NCBI GenBank assembly: GCA_963663965.2
Contig: CAXXFK010000029.1
Span: 238,451-302,450, forward strand
DNA from: Sedimentisphaerales bacterium
GTDB taxonomy: Bacteria > Planctomycetota > Phycisphaerae > Sedimentisphaerales > SM23-30
Length of the DNA stretch: 64,000 nt
Direction of reading: 5' to 3'
The notes under the pieces: model-generated
Told to the model about the DNA's origin: nothing
Databases searched by the model: none
The model's input: only the letters and a program-made list of their open reading frames with translations
Program-made: the position numbers and the translations under genes
In this document: piece by piece, positions 19,652-27,895 of the stretch
Layout: every line of letters begins with the position of its first letter
Position numbering within the stretch: position 1 is the first letter of the stretch

Positions 19652-21157
19652 ATGTCAAAAGGTCTAAGGACAATTATTGATTGCTATACGGATGAACCGG
19701 CCGGTCTGGGAGTGCCGCCATTCCTTGGGACTTATCCACGCCTGGTTGCGGGATGGTTCAAGGAAGAATCCGTCTATCTGACTATTGACGATGTCCGTTT
19801 GGCGTCTATTCCAGTGAAGATCAAGCAACGGACCTTTGATCCTCCGCACACCCAAACCCGTAACGACTTGATCAATCACACCCGCCCGCAACAGGAAGCA
19901 CAAGAAATATTAAAAGCCACCGAGGTATTTTATATTATTTGCGGTGTCCAGACTCCGGGTAAATATTTGCGGGCTGTTCCTGGTACGCTGGAAGAAATCG
20001 CGACATTACTCAAGCCGTATGCTGGACGAAAAATATTAACCGGTCCTGCCGCTTTGCATGGCTCTCAATTCCGAGGAGGCACAAAAGCTGAACAAGCCCA
20101 GGATTTCGATTTCGATGAAATTATCCCTGTACAATACGATCATTATAATGAATTTCAAGAGTGGATGGTTCGGGGCGCCGGAATCGTGAAGCAGATACCC
20201 TGGCAGGTAATTGCAGAACTGGAAACCGGTCGGGGTTGCCCTCGCGATCCGGGATGTTCGTTTTGTACCGAACCCCTCAAGGGTCAGGTCCGTTGGCGTG
20301 CGGCTGATCTGGTTGAGCGGGAGGCAGCTACCCTGATGGAGCAGGGTGTCCGCTGGATGCGGTTGGGAAAGCAATCATGCATATTCAGTTATATGGGCGG
20401 CGATGAAAGCAAAATTGAAGATTTATTGCGACGTATGCGGCGGTTGAATCCCGAATTGTTGCACATAGATAATGTCAATCCCGCTATGGTAACGGAAGCC
20501 CGAACGGAATTGTTCTGTCGTTATCTTACGCCGGGCAGTACGGCTGCCATGGGGGCGGAGTCGTTTGATGAAGGTGTGTGTAAACTCAACAATCTTAATA
20601 GTGTGCCAGCGACGACACTTCAGGCCGTCAGGATAATTAACAAATATGGCAGCCAGATGGATCCAATGGGGCGATATATGCTATTGCCGGGAATCAATAT
20701 TATTTTGGGTCTGGATGGCGAATCTCAAGAAACGCTGAATCGTAATTTTGAAGCTTTGAAAGCTATGTATGATGAAGGTTTATTAATTCGTAGAATAAAT
20801 ATCCGTCAGGTAGTGCCTTTCCCTGGCACTGCGTTGTATATGCAGGCCGGCAGTCGATTTTTGAAAAAAAATCGTAGTTTATATGTTGATTGGTCCAAGC
20901 AGATTCGTCATGAAATAGATATTCCCATGTTGCGGAGACTTTATCCGACTGGTACGATTTTGAGAGGATTAATCAGTGAAGGTCATATTGGTCATTTGAC
21001 ATATGGCCGTCAAATCGGCAGCTATCCAATCATCGCCAGTGTCAACGAGCGTCTCAAACTGGGGCAATGGTTTGATATTGAGGTCATAGATCATAAACCT
21101 CGAAGTCTTGTTGGCAAAGTTCTTGAGGATAAAGTTAGGATCGATATAGGTTCATAA
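19652..21157 (+). CDS. Radical SAM protein (COG1031-like) with C-terminal TRAM-like barrel
   Basis: IIDCYTDEPAGLGVPP N-terminus, ETGRGCPRDPGCSFCTEP, LHIDNVNP, GAESFD, RRINIRQV, GRQIGSYP; ATG 19652 preferred over TTG 19631. Confidence 0.85.
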   Translation: MSKGLRTIIDCYTDEPAGLGVPPFLGTYPRLVAGWFKEESVYLTIDDVRLASIPVKIKQRTFDPPHTQTRNDLINHTRPQQEAQEILKATEVFYIICGVQTPGKYLRAVPGTLEEIATLLKPYAGRKILTGPAALHGSQFRGGTKAEQAQDFDFDEIIPVQYDHYNEFQEWMVRGAGIVKQIPWQVIAELETGRGCPRDPGCSFCTEPLKGQVRWRAADLVEREAATLMEQGVRWMRLGKQSCIFSYMGGDESKIEDLLRRMRRLNPELLHIDNVNPAMVTEARTELFCRYLTPGSTAAMGAESFDEGVCKLNNLNSVPATTLQAVRIINKYGSQMDPMGRYMLLPGINIILGLDGESQETLNRNFEALKAMYDEGLLIRRINIRQVVPFPGTALYMQAGSRFLKKNRSLYVDWSKQIRHEIDIPMLRRLYPTGTILRGLISEGHIGHLTYGRQIGSYPIIASVNERLKLGQWFDIEVIDHKPRSLVGKVLEDKVRIDIGS

Positions 21158-21363
21158 AGATAAAAGTTACGACTGGTATGCCCAGTGTGTAATTGAGGAA
21201 TGTTCATCAGGGGGGATAATTGTAAGTGGTTATTATATTTTTAGTTACAAATTGTTCAATTTAAAGTTAGACAAATTCAACATGAATTATTATACTGATA
21301 AGTCTAAATTTTACTGATTGACGAATATTTGATAATTTAAGAATTTGCCTCTGATAAAGCCTG

Positions 21364-21454
21364 CCGGGACCCGTGCAAATGTGCGGTGTGAACCTGGTCA
21401 GGCCGGGAACGGAGCAGCCATAAGCACTTAGTGCATTGTGCTTGGGTTCCCCGA
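21364..21454 (+). ncRNA. ffs: Signal recognition particle RNA (4.5S)
   Basis: Conserved helix-8 core GGTCAGGCCGGGAACGGAGCAGCC with GNRA loop inside a long hairpin; canonical position upstream of dnaX; ends approximate. Confidence 0.92.
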
Positions 21455-21548
21455 CAGGTTTTATCAGGGGCAAATTAAATTTATCTGGTGGGTTAAAGGA
21501 TTCGCGTAATAGAATTGTGAGCCTGACTATAGCATGTGAAAGGAATCT

Positions 21549-23297
21549 ATGGCTTATACGGTACTGGCCAGGCGATATCGTTCTGAAACCTTCGATGATC
21601 TGGTAGGTCAGGAGGCTATTGCTCAGACTCTAAAAAATGCTATCGTTTCGGACAGAGTTGCTCATGCGTATCTGTTTACCGGCACCCGCGGTGTCGGTAA
21701 GACCAGTATGGCGCGCATTCTGGCCAAAGCATTAAACTGTTTGGCGTTTGATGCGCCGACGGCAACACCCTGTTGCAAATGTGAAAGTTGTCAGGCGATA
21801 AGTGTTGGTACGGATATTGACGTAATCGAGATTGATGGCGCCAGTAATAACAGTGTAGATAATATCCGGGAAATGCGTCAGAGCGCGATTTATTCAGCCG
21901 CACGGTCTCGATTTAAAATCTATATTATTGACGAAGTGCATATGTTATCAGCAAGCGCATTTAACGCTTTGCTGAAAACACTGGAAGAACCCCCGCCGCA
22001 TGTTAAATTTATTTTTGCTACGACCGAAGCCAATAAAATTTTGCCAACTATCCTATCGCGGTGTCAGCGATTTGATTTTCGTAATATTCCTGCTGATGAC
22101 ATTGTGCGGCATTTGATGCAAGTGCTTGAACGCGAAGGGGTTAAATCGGACGATGCCGTAGTGCGTCGTGTGGCGCGCCTGGCGAATGGATCTATGCGGG
22201 ATGGTTTAAGTTTGCTGGATCAACTGTTAAGCATGGCTGGTGGAGAATTGCAAATGGCTATGCTTAACGAATTGCTGGGCACGCCGGGAAATGAGCAGGT
22301 GATAAAACTGGCAGATGCTATGGCTGGCGGTGATCTGGCTGCCGTTTTGATGGAATTTGATCGCATTGTCACGGGTGGTTTTGTACTGGAGCAAGTGGTT
22401 GATGGCTTGCAGATGCATTTTCGCGATTTAATGATTCTCCGTCAATGTGGTTCAGATACGGAATTGGTGGATATTAGCGAACCTGAGCAGCGTCAGTGTG
22501 CGATTGAGCAATCGAAGTTATTTGATGATGCGACACTGGTATATCATATTACTATTATGGAGGAGTTGAAACGTCATTTAAAAGCAAGCGGGGCTGGCCG
22601 GCCATTAGTGGAAGCGGCATTGGTCCGCCTGACAGTGAGCGAACGATTCAGTGATGCCAAGAATCTCATTGAATTATTGTGCGCTTTACCTGTCGGGGGT
22701 ATGTCGCCAGGAAAAACCATTGAAGCCGGTTCGTCCACGATATCATCGCGTCCGAATTATAACGCTTCGACTGGCACTCCAGGCTGGAAAACGACATCGT
22801 CACCAAAAAAAACAGATGAAAGAGCCAAGGAATCTCCCCAGACCGAACCGCAAAAGATGTCGCCTGAAATCTCTTTAGAATATGGTCTCGAAGAGATGCG
22901 GCGTCAATGGCCGGCTTTAATCGAAAAAACCGGGATGTTCAAGCAGTTTTTAATGAAAGCGATAGTGAAAAGCTGGGATGGAAGTGAATTGGTAATCAGC
23001 TATGGCACGGAAGATCTGGCATTAGGAAAAGCGCTGGTATTGATGCCCGATCACGTTAATCGGATGGAGAAGGGGTTTAGTGAGCTTTTTAACAAAAATA
23101 TTAAGGTTCACATCGAAATGCCGGATGCTGATAACGGAAATTCAATGGCAACGGTACGGGCCAGTAATCAGGCGGCTGCTCCTGGCGCACGGCCCAGTCG
23201 CCAGGATAATGAAAAGGCGATAAGTAATAAAAAAGTACAGCAAGTTATCGAAGCATTGAATGGGAAAATTGCCAGTATTGAGCGAATAAACGAGTGA
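21549..23297 (+). CDS. dnaX: DNA polymerase III subunit gamma/tau
   Basis: LARRYR, HAYLFTGTRGVGKT, Zn Cys cluster, EIDGAS, IIDEVHML, LLKTLEEPP, SRCQ, GSMRD. Confidence 0.97.
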   Translation: MAYTVLARRYRSETFDDLVGQEAIAQTLKNAIVSDRVAHAYLFTGTRGVGKTSMARILAKALNCLAFDAPTATPCCKCESCQAISVGTDIDVIEIDGASNNSVDNIREMRQSAIYSAARSRFKIYIIDEVHMLSASAFNALLKTLEEPPPHVKFIFATTEANKILPTILSRCQRFDFRNIPADDIVRHLMQVLEREGVKSDDAVVRRVARLANGSMRDGLSLLDQLLSMAGGELQMAMLNELLGTPGNEQVIKLADAMAGGDLAAVLMEFDRIVTGGFVLEQVVDGLQMHFRDLMILRQCGSDTELVDISEPEQRQCAIEQSKLFDDATLVYHITIMEELKRHLKASGAGRPLVEAALVRLTVSERFSDAKNLIELLCALPVGGMSPGKTIEAGSSTISSRPNYNASTGTPGWKTTSSPKKTDERAKESPQTEPQKMSPEISLEYGLEEMRRQWPALIEKTGMFKQFLMKAIVKSWDGSELVISYGTEDLALGKALVLMPDHVNRMEKGFSELFNKNIKVHIEMPDADNGNSMATVRASNQAAAPGARPSRQDNEKAISNKKVQQVIEALNGKIASIERINE

Positions 23298-23419
23298 TTT
23301 GACTCGTTTCCAACTGTGGGAAAAAAGCATGATGTGATTTAAGGGCCAACCGTTCCAAGGTTAAGGCGAATGAGTTTTCAAGAATTATTGTGATCATGCA
23401 TTAACTGGATTCTTAAGCA

Positions 23420-24589
23420 ATGGCGACAGATCCTCATTATCATGTCTTAATCATTTTAGAAACCTCACGTGAATATGGCAGGGGATTGTTAAGGGGGATA
23501 TCCCAATTCAGCCGTGAGCATACTCACTGGATCATTGAAAGGCCTCCTTTTTTTTATCAGGTAGATAATTCTATTACCGACGATTTCAACCTGGTAGCCA
23601 ATGGCCGGATCGATGGAATTATTATGCGGGATATAAATATTGATCTGCCTGAATCCATGAGGCGACTACCCATCGTCTATGCGAGCTATCGAGATGATAA
23701 AATTACTGATAAGGGCGTTAGAATCTTCACGGATGATCGCAAGATTGCGGGGGAGGTTTTCAATCATTTCTATGAAAGGGGCATTCAGAATCTGGCTTTT
23801 CTAGGTTATATGGGTATGTTCTGGTCGAAGAGCAGGGAATCTGCTTTTGGAAAAATCGCTGATACGCATGGATTAACCGTTAGTTGTCTAGAGCTGGAAA
23901 CGAATTTCCGGGATATCCATGAGATACACAGTACGATAGGCAATTGGCTTAATACTCTGAATAAACCTGTGGGTTTGATGGTTTGTAATGATGATTGTGG
24001 ACAGTTGGCACTGACGGCTTGCCGGGAATCTGGTTTGCAGGTACCTCAGGATGTTTCAATTGTTGGAATCGACAATGATGAATTCGTATGCGGTTTGTCC
24101 CATCCGCCACTTTCCAGCATCGCCTTAAATCTGGAAGTCGCCGGTTATGAAGCCGCCAGGTGTCTGGATGCGTTGATGGCAGGAAAATCTCTGAATGAGC
24201 CGGTAATTTGGATTAAACCTACCTATGTTGTCATTCGACCGTCAAGCGATTTGATGGCAGTTAAGGATGCAACGATTATTGAAGCAGTTAAATATGTTTA
24301 TGATAATATTGATAAGCCCATTCAAGTGAATGACTTACAGCGTGAGTTGGCAATTGCTCGCCGGGTATTATACAGCAAATTTAAACAAAATCTGGGTTGC
24401 AGTGTGCATCAATTTATTAAAAAGGTTCGTGTGGATAAAATTAAGGTTCTCTTGAGAGAAACTGATCTTACGATTAATCAGATCGCACAAAAAATGGGAT
24501 TTCCGGGCGCCGATCATTTTGCCAAATATTTTCGTTCCATACAGGGGGAAAATCCGGCTCAGTACCGTCAAAATCATCGTCGGGATTAA
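23420..24589 (+). CDS. XylR-type transcriptional regulator (LacI-like ligand domain + AraC HTH)
   Basis: ETSREYGRGLLRGI, VPQDVSIVGIDND, PPLSSI, C-terminal AraC HTH (IAQKMGF...FAKYFR..GENPAQYR). Confidence 0.92.
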   Translation: MATDPHYHVLIILETSREYGRGLLRGISQFSREHTHWIIERPPFFYQVDNSITDDFNLVANGRIDGIIMRDINIDLPESMRRLPIVYASYRDDKITDKGVRIFTDDRKIAGEVFNHFYERGIQNLAFLGYMGMFWSKSRESAFGKIADTHGLTVSCLELETNFRDIHEIHSTIGNWLNTLNKPVGLMVCNDDCGQLALTACRESGLQVPQDVSIVGIDNDEFVCGLSHPPLSSIALNLEVAGYEAARCLDALMAGKSLNEPVIWIKPTYVVIRPSSDLMAVKDATIIEAVKYVYDNIDKPIQVNDLQRELAIARRVLYSKFKQNLGCSVHQFIKKVRVDKIKVLLRETDLTINQIAQKMGFPGADHFAKYFRSIQGENPAQYRQNHRRD

Positions 24590-24698
24590 CTCAAAAATGC
24601 GATAGTTTGGACAATATGAGCGTTTACTCCAAGTGGAAGTCAGCGATAATAGCATATTAATTAATGATCAATGAGTTATATGATTTGGGGAAGATACT

Positions 24699-25961
24699 TT
24701 GAATTCACGCGAAAGATTAAATGCTGTATTAAACCGAGAAGAAACGGATCGTCTTTGTTATGATTTTGGCGCCGGCGGGCAGACGGGGATGGGGGTTTGC
24801 GCGGTCCATCGTTTACGCCAGGCCATTTTGGGTGATCTGGATTTTTGTGTGAAAGTGATAGAACCCTATCAGATGTTAGGTGAAATTGATAGACCGTTAC
24901 GGGAAGCGCTCGGAGTTGATGTCGTTGGTGTTCATCCGCGTACCAATATGTTTGGTTATTCTAACGATGGTGAAAAGCGCTTTACCATGTGCGATGGGAC
25001 TGTGGTCAGGGTGCCAGTGAATTTTAACTATTCCCGGGCGAAAAATGGTGATATTCTGATGCATCCCCAGGGTGATATTACTGTGCCGCCCTCGGCCCGG
25101 ATGACGGTGGATGGCTATTTTTTTGATTCGATTTGCCGGCAGGGGCCAATCGACGAGGATGCGTTGAATTTTGAAGATAATTGTGAAGAATTTGGCATGT
25201 TATCGGATGAGGATGTGGCTTGGTTTAAAACTCAGGTTGATGATTACTGGGAAAATACCGATAGTGGGATTTATCTGACGTTTCCCGGACTGGCGTTAGG
25301 CGATATCGCTTTAGTGCCCGGGCCGTGGATGAAACATCCCAGGGGCATACGCGACGTAGAAGAATGGTATATGTCGACGGTATTACGACGTGATTATGTC
25401 TATAAGGTTTTTGAAAGGCAATGTGAAATTGGTTTAAAGAATATCGAGAAGATGGCGGCCGCCCTGGGGGATCGGGTTCAGGTGGTTTTTGTCAGTGGCA
25501 CAGATTTTGGAACACAGCGAGGACCATTTATGTCCCCGCAGGCGTATAGAGATTTATATAAGCCATTCCAGAAAATGATCAATAATAAAATTCATGCTTT
25601 GACCAATTGGAAGATTTTTATTCATTCCTGTGGTGGGATTTATCCGTTACTGGACGATTTAGCAGAGGCTGGATTCGATATCTTGAATCCGGTCCAGTGT
25701 TCTGCCTGCGATATGGAACCGCAACGGCTAAAGGATGAATATGGGGATCGTTTTATCTTCTGGGGGGGAGGAGTCGATACCCAGAAGACATTACCATTTG
25801 GTACCCCACAAGAAGTATATCAGGAAGTCCGTGAGCGTATCAGGATTTTTAATCAAAATGGCGGCTATGTCTTCAATAGCATCCATAATATCCAAAGTAA
25901 TGTGCCGACGGAGAACCTGCTGGCAATGTTCCAGGCTGTTCAGGATCATATTAAGGGGTAA
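24699..25961 (+). CDS. Uroporphyrinogen decarboxylase / MtaA-CmuA methyltransferase-family protein
   Basis: TTG start MNSRER, GTDFGTQ, HSCG, GFDILNPVQ, FWGGGVDTQ, LPFGTP, HNIQ. Confidence 0.88.
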   Translation: MNSRERLNAVLNREETDRLCYDFGAGGQTGMGVCAVHRLRQAILGDLDFCVKVIEPYQMLGEIDRPLREALGVDVVGVHPRTNMFGYSNDGEKRFTMCDGTVVRVPVNFNYSRAKNGDILMHPQGDITVPPSARMTVDGYFFDSICRQGPIDEDALNFEDNCEEFGMLSDEDVAWFKTQVDDYWENTDSGIYLTFPGLALGDIALVPGPWMKHPRGIRDVEEWYMSTVLRRDYVYKVFERQCEIGLKNIEKMAAALGDRVQVVFVSGTDFGTQRGPFMSPQAYRDLYKPFQKMINNKIHALTNWKIFIHSCGGIYPLLDDLAEAGFDILNPVQCSACDMEPQRLKDEYGDRFIFWGGGVDTQKTLPFGTPQEVYQEVRERIRIFNQNGGYVFNSIHNIQSNVPTENLLAMFQAVQDHIKG

Positions 25962-26021
25962 GATGAAATTTGATTTTCAATTCCGCTTGACGCTTCAAAA
26001 AGATACTAAGGAGTTATATTC

Positions 26022-27644
26022 GTGAAGCCACAAAACTATAATCTAAGGTTTGTATTTGCCATTAGTCTGGTATCTGCCATGGGAGGATTTTTATTTGGGT
26101 ACGATTGGGTGGTGGTAGGCGGCGCCAAGGTATTCTACGAACCCTATTTTCAGATTACTGACATGACTCCATTTATGCGTGGATGGGCACAAAGCAGCGC
26201 CTTATTTGGCTGTATGATTGGCGCGATAATTGCCGGCGCGTTGACAGATCGTTTCGGCCGTAAAAAATTATTGCTGATATCAGGGATATTGTTCACCGTT
26301 TCGGCGATAGGGACGGGTCTGGCCTGGGATTTCTTTTTTTATAATGTATTTCGTATTATTGGTGGTTTCGGTATTGGCCTGGCATCGATTCTATCCCCGA
26401 TGTATATCGCGGAAATTTCACCAGCAGAAATTCGGGGCCGGTTTGTAACGATGAACCAGATGACAATCGTTTTCGGAATTCTGGCGGCTCAGTTGATTAA
26501 TATGCAAATTGCTAAAATAGATGGGGAAGTCCCTGCTCCGGATCAGATTCGTCTACAGATCTTGACCGTTGAAGATCGTGAAAGCCTGTTGGGGCAAAAT
26601 CCGGATCTTTTAGCCCAATACGAATCGGGCAATGGGCTGGTTAAAGAAGCCGGTTTGGATGCTTTATTAGAGGCGTTTGATTACAGTTACTTAAAATATT
26701 ATAAACCCGCCACACTGGAAGAAAAAGAGAGGAAAAGCCGGGAGGATAATCTGATTATGAGCGCCTATTTAAAGCCGACCTGGAATGGCCGTTGGGGTTG
26801 GCGCTGGATGTTCGGGGCAGAAACGGCGCCGGCTTTACTGTTTTTTCTGTTAATGTTATTTGTGCCGGAAAGCCCGCGTTGGCTGGTGAAATACGGGCGC
26901 AACGTAGAAGCCGCCCGTATCTTATGCAAAGTCGGCGGGGATAGTTACGCCAGTCAGGAAGTGGCGGATATCCAGACTACTCTGGCCGGTGAAGAGATCG
27001 CCCGGGTCAATTTCAGGGATTTACTGGATCCAAAAATTAAAAGAATTATCGCCTTGGGGGTTTTTCTGGCGATATTTCAGCAGTGGTGTGGTATCAACGT
27101 GATATTTAATTATGCGCAGGAAGTATTCTCATCCGCCGGTTACGGTGTCAGCGATATCATGTTCAATATCGTCGTGACAGGAGTCGTTAATGTGCTATTT
27201 ACTTTTGTGGCGATTTTCACGGTGGATAAAATAGGCCGGAAACCGCTATTGTTGATTGGGGGGATTGGCCTGGCGATTATTTATCTTTTATTGGGCGGAG
27301 GATATTATTTTAAAAGCCAGGGTTTCCACATGTTGCTATTGGTCGTGTCTGCCATCGCCTGCTATAGCATGACCCTGGCTCCCATTGTCTGGGTGGTGAT
27401 TTCAGAAATTTTTCCCAACAGGATCCGGGGAGCGGCCATGTCCATAGCTGTTCTGGCATTATGGATAGGATGTGCGGCTTTAACGTTATTGTTTCCGTAT
27501 ATTAAGGGATCTGTCGGCGCACACGGCGCCTTTTGGTTATATGGATTAATCTGTTTTATAGGATTTATCGTTGTTTGGAGAGCTTTGCCTGAGACGAAAG
27601 GGAAATCACTTGAACAGATTGAAAGAGAATTGGCAGGTTATTAG
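26022..27644 (+). CDS. MFS sugar porter (XylE/AraE-like)
   Basis: GGFLFGYD, DRFGRK, PMYIAEISP..RG, PESPRWL, QQWCGINV..Y, SEIFP, PETKGKSLE. Confidence 0.95.
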   Translation: MKPQNYNLRFVFAISLVSAMGGFLFGYDWVVVGGAKVFYEPYFQITDMTPFMRGWAQSSALFGCMIGAIIAGALTDRFGRKKLLLISGILFTVSAIGTGLAWDFFFYNVFRIIGGFGIGLASILSPMYIAEISPAEIRGRFVTMNQMTIVFGILAAQLINMQIAKIDGEVPAPDQIRLQILTVEDRESLLGQNPDLLAQYESGNGLVKEAGLDALLEAFDYSYLKYYKPATLEEKERKSREDNLIMSAYLKPTWNGRWGWRWMFGAETAPALLFFLLMLFVPESPRWLVKYGRNVEAARILCKVGGDSYASQEVADIQTTLAGEEIARVNFRDLLDPKIKRIIALGVFLAIFQQWCGINVIFNYAQEVFSSAGYGVSDIMFNIVVTGVVNVLFTFVAIFTVDKIGRKPLLLIGGIGLAIIYLLLGGGYYFKSQGFHMLLLVVSAIACYSMTLAPIVWVVISEIFPNRIRGAAMSIAVLALWIGCAALTLLFPYIKGSVGAHGAFWLYGLICFIGFIVVWRALPETKGKSLEQIERELAGY

Positions 27645-27895
27645 ACGCTACTTGAACGTCTGAATAAATTAAAATCCTGCATTGAAAAAAGAGGGCTACT
27701 CTCTAAAAATTAATAAGATGTAGATTGATAGGATGAACAAATTCAGTTCGTAATGTCAAAATTGGATTCATATGCATCATTTTATGGGACGAAGAGGTGT
27801 TAAGAATAGCCTGTTTAAAGTTAATATTTTAGGGTTATCCTGATTATGTTGATTTTTCTCATCAATGGTCGTTAATTTTACGAAACTTCATATAT

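Noticed and set aside
24590..24625. Possible AraC/XylR direct-repeat operator (CAAAAATGCG / CAATATGAGCG)
   Set aside because: Similarity too weak to call without comparative data
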